Assembly: GCA_023231475.1 (NCBI GenBank)
Contig: JALJEE010002128.1
Location: 62,001-126,000 of the forward strand
Length of the DNA stretch: 64,000 nt
Source of the DNA: Seison nebaliae
Taxonomy: Eukaryota
Direction: 5' to 3'
Each line of letters opens with the position of its first letter. Position 1 is the stretch's first letter. Below, piece after piece: positions 39,217-52,626 of this stretch. The notes under the pieces were generated by a model, which saw only the letters and a program-made list of their open reading frames with translations, did no database searches and was not told the origin of the DNA. A program made the position numbers and the translations under genes.

Positions 39217-41562
39217 AGAGGACACAACACATACACCAACCTTTCCAAATGTGTTTGTATCATTCGCCAACTTGGAACGAAGTAAAAATGAAGTTGATTA
39301 GAGAATTAGACTTCGGTGCCTGATAATGCTCATTCGTCTCCTTTCTGTTTGTTTTAAGATGCTATACGGAATTTTAATTCGACATCGTTAAATTGTAAAT
39401 GTCTTTCTTTCTCCATTCTCATTACAAATCATCTCAAACGACTGGTCACTCCGATTAAAATTTTCATGATTCTCATGTGAACACCACACGACGGAAAGGT
39501 TTGACTGTAAGAGAGAATTATCTAATTTCAATTCCATTCCATTCCATTTATTATTGTTTTTGTTGTTGGTGTTAATGTCGTCGTATTCGATTGCTGCTTT
39601 CTCAATAAGGAGAAACTTTTTGAAAATTGTTTATTTTTCAAATGAAATATTAGTTAGAGGAACTGTTCCATTAACAAAGTCAACTAAAACTAAATGAGTT
39701 TTATTCCTAAAATTAATTTTTTTACAACTATTCCTTAACTTTTTCCAATGGATGGCAACGGGCGGAAGAGAAGTAGAAAGAAGGAAGAAAATAAAAGAAA
39801 TCACAGAAAGTAATTTCTCTCATTTTCTATCGTTCCTATTTTTTGAAGGTGAAAAATGGAGTAAAAGTTTTATGTAAAAAAGAAATGGGATAATATAACC
39901 TAATTTTGATGTGAATAACTTTTAAGGAATAAATTTGGAGAAAATATAGATATGCTCTATTTAAATTTCTTCTTATTATAATATGTTTGGTCGATGAATA
40001 ACATCTGATTTTCACGTGAATCATTAATATCTTTATCACAAAAAATCTTTTCTTCTATCGACATTCTTCTTATCGATCGATATCTTTCAGTAATTTCTTT
40101 GAGGAACACTAGTAAAGTGAAATTCGAATAATTAAATTTCTAATATCATGAAATGTAATTTGGACGGAACTTGTGTTTTCGGAAGAAATAAATTTCCTTT
40201 TTTTCTTCTTTCAGTTAGTCTAATAAACAATTAATTAAAGGAATCTGTGAGGAGGGAATATGAGGAATATTAATATGTTTTAAAAGGAATAATTATCGTT
40301 CTTTTACGATTTCATGATGGAGTGGAATACACTCGATTAATTTGAAGTATTTCTTTCGAAAACAGAACTCCAATGAATTTGATTCGATTTCCATTTATTC
40401 GATGAAAAGTTTAAATATAAAACACAATTCATTCGATTAAGTTAAAATTTTTCCTGTTAATTCGGGTGAATTGAAGCCGGAAGAATAAGTAAGATAAAAA
40501 ATGAGTTCAATCGATCTTGATAGACCTGGATCTTAGACGATGATGTTATACATCTTTCCTGAGAGATGGGAGGGAAGAGGAGGCGGAGGAGGAAACTAAA
40601 TTTCTGTCAGGAATTGATGATTCTGATAAAAAGATGTTTGATGGTTGTAACGAACATGTACGTAGAAGCAAATTGCATCACTTAATTAAATCAAACATCC
40701 TGTTGAAGATGATAATTTGGTTGATGTTTTTCTTCATGTTGTTGATGTGTCTTTTACCTTACAGAGACTTATCTGTGAAAGCGTATTTCGGTGAAAGGAA
40801 AGTTAAGATCGGTATGCTTCCCATGTAGATGTGCGTGTACGTGATTTGTCCCAAAAATGTGGGGAGAATTGTGTAGAAGAAATATTAAATGGTTTTTCGA
40901 TCCCACACCGTCTCAATAAGTGAATGGACAAATAGGTTGATTATTTCTCTTTTAAATCTTGATGTTCTACCTAGCTTGCTAGCTTGCTACCTAGAATCGA
41001 CTGTTTATAGATATCGGCAATATCATAAGATAAATCGATGAGATGAGGTTGGGGTGGAAGAGATGAAGTTAATGAATAAAGTTATAGGTAAATTGAGGGG
41101 AGAGGAAGAAGAGACTAAAGGATAAAAGAGGAGAATCTTTAATACTTCCAAATCCAATTAGTCATTAATGAGTAGAATCTCTTTCTCTTTTGCCTCAGTT
41201 ATTTTTCTTTCATTTATCAGAATAGGCAGAAGATAGAGACGAAGACGTAGAATTCCTTGGAGATGGAAATCTTTTGATAAACAATTCAGTTTGGATAGAC
41301 AACATTATTAATTCATAGATCTCCTTTCACATAAACCATATTTATATAAATACATCTCCCAATCTGTCTCTAATAATATTAACAACCCAAACAATAACAA
41401 CAACAGCAACTTACAACATCATTTTATATAATTATTGATAATTACACAAAAATCCAAAGATTCTCATTCATTTTCTTTCATTACCAAACAAATTGGAGAA
41501 CGTTTATTGGAAAACTGATTATTTAGTCAAAATTATCAGGATCATTCGAACTATCTCATTTC

Positions 41563-43743
41563 ATGATGTCTGTTCACGGATTAGTTCGACATAATCCAAC
41601 AATAACATTTCCATTGAACAGTATTGCCATCGTCGACGATGTAAGTGATTTCCTTTCAGATGATTTCTTCCCTGAAAGACGATTGAAGAATAAGCAGAAG
41701 AATAATGAGATTCAATCAAATTTAATTTCGGAGACGAATCGTTCGAGACGAGAAGTCGATCCGATACCTGCTAGTGATGAGAATGAGATGATTAATGGGA
41801 TTGATTTGTCATTAACTTCATCCACTTCATCATCATCCACGTACTCATCGGTGATGGAAAAGAATGAAGTAACATCAGAAGAAGAAGAGGAAGAAGAAAG
41901 AGTTTTCGAAGACGTGAAATCGAGTGAAGGAAAAGTGAAAAGTGCTCGCTCTCGATATGAACGATATTGTTCGTCGACTGTGTTGCCTAGCAACGGAAAT
42001 GTCACATTAAATAAGAGGAGTAATGGAACGACGACAACTTCCGCGCAAATCCTGAACCTTAAACAATCTAATAATAATAAACGTGGAAATTTTCCGTATC
42101 GACAGGTCGAAATAGAGAAGAATATGAACAGTTCGATAAACAGACCGATTGCATCGTCGTTGGAGGAGGAGAGGGCGGTTGGATATGGCAATTCGAAATT
42201 CAAAGAAAATGCAACTAATTATATGACGCTAAGTGCTCATAATAATGAGAAAGAAGATTCACACATATTTTCAACATTTTATTCAAAACATAATTGCACA
42301 AGTAGCTCCTACTCTCCAAACATTTACACCGATCAAGCCGAGAGAACATCAACGAGATTAATCGAGACTACACTTCTCCCAACCAACGACTTCACATCAG
42401 ATTCGTCGAGAAAATCTTTCCCTACATTATCGCCATCAACCTCGTCACTATTATTATCAACATCTGAAATTCGAAACATTAACCAGTCGAAGTCGCACGC
42501 AGTCAAATCAACTTCACAATCAACAACAACAACATCAATATTAGCATTGAAGGAAAGGAAAGTTGGTTCGATAGTTAAACATAAATCTCTTTCCGCTTTC
42601 AAGAATAAAAGAACGAATTGTAACACTACTCCTAATAGAAGTGAGTATCATAATAATATTAATGGTGAAGAGGAGGAGGTGGAGAATAACAATAATGACT
42701 CTGATACGATTCCATTGGAATGTGAAACGAGAAATTTATTGAAGAAATTCTCTCAAATTTTTTCATCTATTCATAAGGCAAATAAACGTGCACGGCACTA
42801 TTCCTTACAAACTTTCAATTTATCAAATAATATTCCCGCTTCTCACCCAAACAATAAATATACGAACGAAGGTAATATCGACATTAAGGAGAAGAAGAAC
42901 AAGAAGAACAACAGTAGAAATTTAGAAACACAATTTCCGTCTATTCTCCATAGAACAAGTTCACCTTTCTCCAACTTCGAAGGTTTCGGAACGAATATAT
43001 TTCCGATATTGGCACAATTACGACGAGCATGCCAACATCGTTTCTTTCTTCATCCGACGTTCTCCTCACAAATTAATCAGTCATCGAATCGAAATTGTCA
43101 AGTTGCAAGAAGTTTGTCGCGTCGTAGATCATCTCGAAACAGTTTAAGAAATTTCCGTTCGTGGAGTGCTGCTGTTATATGCATGAGCAATTATTCGGAA
43201 TATTTAGTGGAATCAAGGAATGAAAAGAATGCGAAATATAATAATTTGGATGGGAAGAAAGAGTTGACTCCGAACAACTCCTTTCATCGATTATACGAGA
43301 AAGACAACGTCATTCTTGATCATTCACCAAATATCGATTTAAATGAATCGATGAGGAACATTGAGAATAATCCGACACAATTACATCATTTGTCTTACGA
43401 TGATTCAAATGCATCCTATTCTTCATATTCGCCCACACATCTCCTACCCAACGTCATCGAGAACGATTCGTTAATTACTGGCAATAATTATTTTTTGAAT
43501 TCTGACGCCAATTCCGACAAATTCATTTCGACCTCAACGAATATTTATGAGCAATCGCCAATAATCAATTCGACACATCACCACCATCAACAACCACCAC
43601 ATCATCATCTTCATCATTCACATTTATTGCAAGACGAACATGAATCAGAACTCTCATTACATTCATCTCATTTACTTCATCATCCTTTACATGAATCAGA
43701 ACAACAACCAGAAGAAATACTAAGTCAATCAGAACAACAACAA

Positions 43744-43774
<31 letters not shown>

Positions 43775-46700
43775 AACAGGAACAAATAGAACAGGAAGAG
43801 AAGCAACATCAACATCCCGGTAATGAGAATAGTATGAAAAGTAATATTAGATATGACAATAATGACATATATCATTATTCGGTAAATGAGCAACGACTGA
43901 CATCACACAATCACCTTCTATCGACATGCGTACTTCCAAGTAACAATGATCAATATTATAAGCAGCACTATAACAACAGTGGAACGAATGAACAATTAGG
44001 AAAGCATTCCTCCCAATTACCCGAAGAACGAAACTTACCCCCAACAACTGAGTCGACATCGTCGAACATTATTGATTTGGAGAAGAATATGAATAATAAT
44101 TATGAACAAATTTATGATTCTCCTGAAATGAATCAAATGAAATATATTAATCCGACAACCAATCATCGCAATCAACAACCGTCGCAACAATTGTATAATT
44201 TAAATTTGGATAATTCGAATACGATGATTGTTCCGGAGAAAAAAGCGAGAACTGATGGAAAGAATGAATTGATCACTTATCAAGTTCCTTCTCAAACAAA
44301 TTCCATCAATAATTCAATAAAGAACGGAATATCATACATCAAACACAACATCGATCGAGGAGAAGTAGACGAGAATAATAAATATGAACCGTTAAATTCA
44401 TCACCAATCACCGACTATCAACATTCATATATACCACCAACTAGATCAACATTATATAGAGAGAATCAATGGATACCCAACAACAACAACAATATGAACA
44501 ATTTGAAAAATGAAAAGAATTTATTGAATTCAAATCAATATGGAAAATGTTCGATGCAGAAATTGAGTGATGTCGATTGTCCACCGTTGATTGATGATTT
44601 GAATGGAAATAATTCGATAATTCCATCGTCCAATAATAATATGAGGAAGAATTTAATGAGTTCGAATGATGATAATAATAATGTCTCATATCTTTCCGAC
44701 AATCCACGAGATGATCATATATATCCGTCAAATCAAGCTGATATCAATTATGATGATTCAAATTCTCAAATGAAATTAGCCAACACACCTTCACATTCAT
44801 CGCCCAATTGTACATCGACGAATCCACAAGAGGAGATCAATACAAAAGAATTGGCACTTCGTATCAGTACGGAATTGAAGCGATATTCGATACCACAAGC
44901 TGTTTTCGCTCAACGCATTCTTGGCCGTTCTCAAGGAACATTATCGGATTTATTGAGAAATCCAAAACCGTGGGCAAAACTGAAATCCGGACGAGAGACA
45001 TTTCGTCGAATGTTCAATTGGCTACAGGAACCAGAGACATCCCGAATGGAATCATTACGTCATGCAAGTTAGCTTAATTTTTTGATATCGATTCAATAAA
45101 ACTTGACTAACTCGTAAAAATCACTTGAATGGAAGGACTTTAAATGTTAGAAGTAATTCACTATTAACAATCACTATTCTATAATCACGGAATTCTTAGT
45201 TGGTTTTTTGAATTCCAATCGAAAATTTTTAAAGAATCAATTCACTAGAAAATTTCAAGTTTCTAATATTTCACCTTCTAGTTGACATATAAATCTAGAA
45301 TCACACAACATTTTCTTAATATATTTCTTTGTGTTTTCTGTTCTTTCCATCATAAAAATTATGTCGTACCTTTATCACTTTTAGCGTCGATCAATAGCCA
45401 TCCAAATACCACAAATATCGTGAACAATTCCACTGCCAACAACAACAACAACTTGAACAACAACAATATGACGAATAATCAAAATTATGATATGACTTAT
45501 AATAATAACGGTGGGAAATTCCATTCGTTCTCATCATCATCATGTCTTTCATTGACATCATCATCAGATACGTCGTCACCTGAATCCATATCAGTTGTAG
45601 ATAATAAATATCCATTAAAATATGGGAAATTATTGAACAACAATAATTCGAATTATTCCATACGTAAAAATTATTATAATGATTCAGTAAGTAATACGAG
45701 AAATTTAAATATCACTATAAATAATCATTATAATTATAAGAATAAAAATGATTATTATCATTCGAATGATTCAAATAATTGTACTTCAAATTGTACATGT
45801 TATTATGATGGAAGCAAGAATAACAGTAACAACAATTCATCATCTTCATCATCCAATTCATCGTCCACTTATAATTATTCTACACAGAATACTTATAATA
45901 ATTCAGTAAAATATTCCAAATATTCAACTGAATGTTCGATAAAAGATTGTAATTGTTCCTCGTCAACCACCAATCAACAAACGGGAATGAAAAGAAAATT
46001 AATAAGCAATTCCTTTAATCGAGAACAATATGATACTCACCAAGACTATCAACATAGAAATTCCTATTCAAATAAATCCAATCAATATTATGATGATGAA
46101 TATGATTCCGACGATGGTATTTGTAGTGATTATAATTCAACATATCATTCGACTGAACCGCTCTCTTCCTGTCACACCTCACCACGAAGTCAGACATCGT
46201 CTTATATAAATAATTCGTATGAAGCCGATTCGAATCGATTTGTACGTCGTGACGCCGATGGTCGTAAAATTCAAATTTTAACAATTGCCACATCATCTGG
46301 TAAACGGAAGAATAATTTCGTTAACGATTCACCACTCAACAAATATGATCGATATGATGATCATAATTATGGAGTAAATAATTTTTCCAATACCTCATCC
46401 AATACCATCTATAGCGATGTGACGAAAACTAATTCGAAAACTATTTCATATCGTAATGTCACACCAAACACTTACAATATTCAACGTCTACCTGAATATT
46501 GAAGTTAGTTGATTTTTCCTCATTCTCACATCAATTCATTCACTCAACTTCTATCACCGACCATTTCCATCACCGTAAGTGAATCATGAAACAAAATCAA
46601 TAGTTTCTTTTTCCAGATTTGTGTGATATTCTATTGTGTGTAGAGAACAAAAAGAGCACTATTTTAAAAAAGCCGAATAAAAACCCAAAAGAGAGAAAAA

Positions 46701-47824
46701 AAACTTAAAATTTAAATTCCCATAAAAACCATTTTCCCACCGAAAACTATTTTTATTCTCCTTTTATACTTCTAGTGCTATCATACACATCATCTATCGG
46801 TACATGTGGTATTGAACCGGCAAAAATCCAAAACCATCCAATAATGACCAATATTCCATCAAATCAACAAGAAACACAAAACGTGGACTTTAGACAGACA
46901 GATTACATCCAAAACCCATCTCCTATTTCAACACCATCAACTACTCCCAATTCCAACCTCTTATCATCAACAGGACAATCGTTCAAGAAATTCACAAAGA
47001 AATCTCATTCGACGGATCAATCGAGAAAAAAACCTCGTCTCGTCTTTACAGAATTGCAACGTCGTTCGTTACATGCAATTTTTAAAGAGACTAGAAGACC
47101 GTCAAAAGAAATGCAAAAAAATATTTCGGAGAAACTTGGCTTAAGTATTAACACCGTTTCCAACTTTTTCATGAATGCCAGACGTCGATCACCGGAGAAA
47201 TATGGTGGTTCTGTTCGGAATGATCAATCGTCAACATCTTCCTCGACGACCGATTCAATTTCAACTGTTCATTTACCTTCCAACTCCTCCAATTTCCCAC
47301 AAGACCCTCCAACTAGCAATGAGAATGATAAGAGTAGTGAAAAAGGTCCGACTGTACCAAGTCTACTGGACAATGATTTGAATTTAATTCCACATTATTC
47401 AGATAGTGTCACTACTTTCCTTAACGAAAACTTAAATCAGACAACATCCAACATATTTCAAGGTTTCTTACGGAAACCATTAATGACATTTTATCCTTCT
47501 CGTTTAGACGTGCCGTCTGGAAATTCATCACAATTCTACAACATCACCTATCCGCCACCTGATGGAACGAATAATTATCAGTCGAATGTCAATTCATATA
47601 ACGAACAATATTTCCAAAATCTTTGTCTGAATTCTCTCAGTTTCCCATCGAACAATTCGTACGAACAAACACCAATTTTGTCGTGCACTCAATCGACATC
47701 CTTAGGCTTACCCTCACAACCGACTACCACCCTTCCATCAAACGAACCATCATTAACAGTATTGCAAAGATCATTATCGACGAATCCCGTATCATCTTAT
47801 CTGAATCTCCCTCAAACAATGTAA
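41563..47824 (+). CDS. onecut: ONECUT/HNF6 homeobox transcription factor; exon 1 41563-45067, homeobox exon 46776-47824
   Basis: CUT domain EEINTKELALRISTELKRYSIPQAVFAQRILGRSQGTLSDLLRNPKPWAKLKSGRETFRRMFNWLQEPE, then a phase-1 intron (GTTAGC 45068 to TTCTAG 46775). Homeodomain KKPRLVFTELQRRSLHAIFKE...TVSNFFMNARRRS carries the ONECUT-diagnostic F48/M50. Confidence 0.95.
43735..43780 (+). repeat. CAA/CAG repeat encoding polyglutamine in onecut
   Basis: About 15 consecutive Gln codons, preceded by His-rich tracts. Confidence 0.9.
45385..46502 (+). CDS. Candidate alternative exon of onecut (N/S/Y-rich, low complexity)
   Basis: Stop-free 1.2-kb frame inside the onecut intron. The acceptor TTTTAG at 45384 is phase 1, matching the exon-1 donor, and codon-like composition starts right after it. 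Confidence 0.6.
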
Positions 47825-48492
47825 GAACACTTCTCCACATCTATCTACCGAAAAACGGTTATTTTCAGTACGAATTAACCACCTGAATTATCAGAAATTT
47901 ATTTTTCTCAATTTTGAATTTCCTTCAAAAAAAATCCTTGAAGAAAAGATAATTCTTAAAAATGGAATTTCAATCATTTTTTATCATTCTCTCTCTCTCT
48001 TTTCCCAATGGTCTCAACTTTAAAGATATATCTAATTCTCTCAAACTTTTATTCTTACCAAACATATTCTTTTCATATTTTATTTTAAGGACAAAAAACT
48101 TTATTTTCTAGTCATCTATATCATCTATTCATTTCACAAATATTTTTATTATAATTACGACTATTATTTCTTTTATTGATACAGTTAATCAATTGACTTC
48201 TTTCTATTTTTTCGTTACTCCAATTATCTTAATAATTTCTTCTCATTTCAATTTCTCTTTCTCTCTTTTTTTAACAGACACTTTTCATTCTGATCAATTT
48301 AATCAATAATTTGAATAATTTTATTTAATTCTATTTTTCTTAACATATCTTTTCTAATGAATAAAAATTGATATTATAGCATTCAAAGCATATTAATACT
48401 ATTTGATTTTAATTTTTTTTCAAAATATATAATTTATATCACATAAATTTCAATGGAAAAATAAGTACTTTCAATCAGATTTATAAATTTCC

Positions 48493-49923
48493 TTAGGCTA
48501 AATGGAATTGGTGAGCTAATTGAATTCGTCGTCGTAATATAGCAGAATCAATCTTACTCGCATGTTCCTTCTCCTTCATATTTCTTTTTAATTTCGTTTC
48601 CATCTCATTCAAAGCCATCACACTATTGTCCGCTATGTTTTTTGTTGCCGATATAACTTGGTCAGTCTAGAAAGGAAAATGTCAAAATGGAAAAAGATGT
48701 TGGTAACTCGTATTAATTCCAATGCTTCAGGTAATTGTTTACCTGGATGTTTTTGATAATGTTTAATTATTGGTCTATCCAATTTTTCGGCTACGGCCAA
48801 ATCTGTATATTTTTCCGGCCCACGATTATGTCCATAAACGAAATTGATTTCTCGTTTCCAACCACTAGCTTGATTCTTCGCATTCCTATTAAGTCCAATA
48901 GCTGAATTTAAATTACACTAACAATTATATTATAAATCATTTGTGAGAAATAATTAAAATAATGAAAAATAATTAAAATAATGAAAAATAAACAGCCATA
49001 TTATATGCTTCACTACCGCCTTGACCTAATGCATCATTCACTGCTTTAGCGGCACCTTTACTAAATTGATTAGCTTCTGTGATAATTTGTTGAAGATTGT
49101 TTCTCAATCTTTTTGAAGAGTTAATGTCATCACTTACTCTATCCAATACTTGTTGGATGGCTGGTGTTAAAGCTTTCAACGACGGTTCTCTAAATGGGAA
49201 AATTAATTTTTTACGAATGAAGAATTAAGTTTATTCGAACGCTTCTTTCGTTGTTTTAGTTGAGAATTTATGAGAATTGTTCAAACATTGTGCCAATAAC
49301 TGACAAGTAGTTTTTCTTTCACTGATATGATCCTCCAATTCTTTTCTTCCATCTGATAATTGCTGAAATGAGAGAAATTGCAGAAATGGAACTTAAAATA
49401 ATTTATTAACTTTCACCATATCAATCGCTTCGGATAGACGAACTTTCAATCTCGAATTAATATCATTTAAAAATATCGTTTCCTTCTCCATCAATCTATC
49501 AGTGTTATCAATTTCCTTTAATTCATTTTTAGTTAATTAATCAATCAAGAACTAAAATGAAACTTTAATCATTTTAGCATTCGATCTTGCTTCTTTTGCA
49601 TCAGAATTGACAATTAAACTTTTGCGAACGAAATCTAAAGTCGTTTTCGTTTGTTCTACCAACTTCTTTAAAGACTTCAATTCTTCATTTACCTCATTCC
49701 ATTTCTTTTGCAAGTCACAAACAACTGTACGAACTTCCCGTTGATATAAGAATGCTTGTTCGTTACTCAGATCTTGTAAAATATCTCGAGTATTTGGCAA
49801 AGGACCATATTTTCGACTTAAGCTGATATTTTTCGTATTCTTCTTTGCTAAATTCGTCGATAGATTGATATCATTCACCACATCATTCCTCCACTTATTG
49901 GACGTTAACAGAACATCTTCCAT
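48493..49923 (-). CDS. CCDC105: Tektin-like ciliary coiled-coil protein CCDC105/TEKTL1; 6 exons, start uncertain
   Basis: Five short introns (donors GTTTCA, GTTAAT, GTTCGA, GTTTAT, GTTACC) give a continuous coiled-coil frame. It contains GPLPNTRD and GPEKYTDLAVAEKLDRPIIKHYQKHPGKQLPEA, resembling the CCDC105 EKLDRPLVR.YQRH.GTQLPEA motif, and ends ...SKIDSAILRRRIQLAHQFHLA*. Confidence 0.75.
48951..48988. repeat. 19-bp perfect tandem duplication inside CCDC105 intron 4
   Basis: taattaaaataatgaaaaa occurs twice. Confidence 0.85.
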
Positions 49924-50125
49924 ATTTTGTTTACTCAAATAATCAGACACGAATCCATTGGAGACTTCTCTATTTTCTGATTCATATTTAAAACAATTAA
50001 AACTTTCTTCACTAACAGAATCGTTATTTAAATTTTAAGGTTCATTCGATTGATTAACATATTTATATAATCTTTCTCGAATAACTAAACTTTTATCAAG
50101 TTAAATCTATTACTCTAATTTCATG

Positions 50126-50139
50126 AATTCCATAGCAAC
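50126..50139 (-). promoter_or_regulatory. X-box-like RFX site GTTGCTATGGAATT upstream of CCDC105
   Basis: Perfect GTTGCTATGG half plus a degenerate half, ~200 bp upstream of a ciliary gene. Confidence 0.55.
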
Positions 50140-50578
50140 GGAATTATAAATTTCTCTCTATGAAGATTTTTGTTTTTAATTAATAAAGTTTGACAGAAAA
50201 CGATAAAATTAGGAGAGGTTTAATTCAGATTTTTTAGAAAACTTTTTTCAAGTCTTAAATAATTTATTATAACAATTAAAATAAATTGTAAATTTGAGTA
50301 GAATGTGCAAGGTATTTGAGATGAAGTTTAGAAACGTAACGTAAGTTTAATGTTCATCAAAAACTAAGAATGTAGAAATTGGATGATTTTAAATGAAAGA
50401 TCCGTACAAGATCATTCTTTCGAAGTATCGCATAACAATGATCGATTTATCCGATTATTAAGCAAAAAGAAAAAAAACGAGAAATGCGAATACAATTAAC
50501 AATTCTATTGCAACAATTCTTAATTGTATTATAAAGAATATTATTTAAAATATGAATTCATTTTTTTCATCTGTTTCT

Positions 50579-51363
50579 TTATGCTGGTAATACGATATTC
50601 CTTCCACGTAGTACTAAAAGAGAAGAAGAACATTAAGAAATGAGAAAAGTGAAATTTGAAGAAACCTCGAGTGATATAGAGATAGAAGAAGTCGAGATAA
50701 AGTGCAGTTTGAATACATCCAGCAACAATCGCAATTAAATCATAGAAGCCAGTGGTATAATATCGATAAATCCAATTGAGAATATAGAGACCACGATATG
50801 CTCCCAATGCGAATAGATAATGACTTGTAATGGTTTCTGCTTCTCCCGTTTTCGAAATCATAAATAATTGAGGAAGGATTGCCACTGCCTCCAAATAAAT
50901 AGAGAAAGTCCACAAAATCTGTGCAAAATGAAAAATACAGATGAGAATGGGAATTTCTTTTACAAAACTTCAACAAAAACGAATTCATGGTTGATAAGAA
51001 TAGCAAGCACGGCCGACGGTATCAACAGAAATTCAATACGTAAAGTGTCGTGATTCGAATCGTATGTCGCTCGAAATTTCAGATACATCAAATACACAAT
51101 TCCCCAGGAAGATAATAAGTAGAAAATTTTCATTGTCGTATTGTAGACTGAGATGAAGCTGATGAATAAATCCAAATATCTCGAAGTGAAGACAATTGAA
51201 AATAATAATTGAGTGATTCCGGATAATCCTGAAAAAAAATGATGGGAAAATTATTTGATCAAAATTTCTCACCTGCACATGATCTCGTCTTCCAAATTTT
51301 CATCAACAATATTATGATGGCTGCCAAATGAGACATATCTCCCAGTAACCGGAAAATGTTCAT
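50579..51363 (-). CDS. KDELR: ER lumen protein-retaining (KDEL) receptor; 4 exons
   Basis: [13 protein letters not shown]...[15 protein letters not shown]...RYLDLF...[20 protein letters not shown]...[15 protein letters not shown]. Introns at 51229-51272, 50919-50968 and 50614-50665. Confidence 0.96.
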
Positions 51364-51472
51364 TTTGCCGGTATGATATGAACGGATTTTAAATAAAACG
51401 AATTCGAACGACAACGATGAGATATTTTTTCTTTTTGAAACCACTCTTCCACTCTTAATACTCCAACTTACA

Positions 51473-51480
51473 TGACGTGG
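51473..51480. promoter_or_regulatory. UPRE / CREB3-XBP1-type element TGACGTGG upstream of KDELR
   Basis: Exact TGACGTGG, 110 bp upstream of the KDELR ATG. Confidence 0.55.
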
Positions 51481-51740
51481 AATGTATGCGAGAGACTAGT
51501 AGGAAAATTTTAGAAATTTTATTTCAATTTTTATTTTTTATTTTTTCAAATTTTAAGCTTTGATCTTCTCCTCCATCTCTGGTTCCTGTTAGCTTAACCT
51601 ATTTCTTTTGTCCTATGCAATTAAGTCCTATTGTGTCGCATTTAGTTCATAAGGAGGTGAATACTTGTTTCCCATCTGTTACTTCCCTTCTAAATAGACT
51701 GAATGGAAAAAGATATTTTATTTTATCAAAATGGAAATCT

Positions 51741-52626
51741 TTAGAGAAGAAATGAAATAAGGAGAACGATAAATATGGAGAATGATTGATAGATAATTTT
51801 ATTTTTCATAATTTGTGGAGATGAATTACAAAAATCATTTAAACATAAACAGAACAACTCTCCACCTTTCGTTATACAGCCGCCTTCGTTCATTATTTGT
51901 TCTATTCGGAATTTCCGTTCTTCTTTCGTCAACGACGGAAATGGATGTGATTCAATCGATGCCCGAATTGCGGATGTTTTCGCACTCCCCTTCAAAATAT
52001 GATACGTTCTCGGATTGGTGTTAATTTCTAAAATTTTTTTTTCAAAAAATTAATTTTATATTTCAAATTTAATTTAACCGACTACTAATTTGGTGCAGTG
52101 TGTGTGATTTGGGAAAGTGGACATATGGAATTTTGACTTAATTCTCCTCCATTCGGTTAAATCGGAAAAAGAAAAATTTTTCATATCAGATTGTTTAATG
52201 AATCCCAAATCTCTTTTTCTTCGATTTGATTCGACATCAGCTCGAGATGGTCGAAGTATCCGAGACGATTCAAACTGATCGAATTGCCTCAAGAAATTTT
52301 TGACTTGATTCGACATATCATTATCTTTGAGATTTCTCAATTCTTCGATTCGTTTGCTAATATCATTCTGTGGAAATTTTGAGAATGTTGAGAATAATTA
52401 ACAGAAATTAAACGGTATAAATCGGCAATTCTGATGTGAATAATTCAGCGTCTCTGGATTTGGAAGATGTTTGTACTTGTTTCTCCGTTACTTCACCTGC
52501 GTCCTCGTAATTGTGAATAGTTGTTAAGAATTCTTTACTCCACCAGCATTCGATGGTGAGAGAATGGGAAACGAACGAGAATAAGAGAAGAATTGGAAAT
52601 ATTAGAAAATTCTTTAAAATTCTCAT
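51741..52626 (-). CDS. Secreted, probably GPI-anchored, divergent Ly6/uPAR (quiver/sleepless-like) protein; 3 exons
   Basis: Signal peptide followed by LTIECW, then HCTKLV, GGC, the terminal FCLCLNDFCNSS motif and a hydrophobic GPI-type tail. Two GTT...AG introns join the three ORF-track pieces. Confidence 0.7.

Noticed and set aside
41712..42626. 163-aa and 97-aa minus-strand ORFs
   Set aside because: Antisense to onecut exon 1; explained by its codon bias.
51560..51700. Compositionally distinct segment between the Ly6-like gene and KDELR (ncRNA or TE fragment?)
   Set aside because: No open frame, terminal repeats or recognisable RNA motifs.
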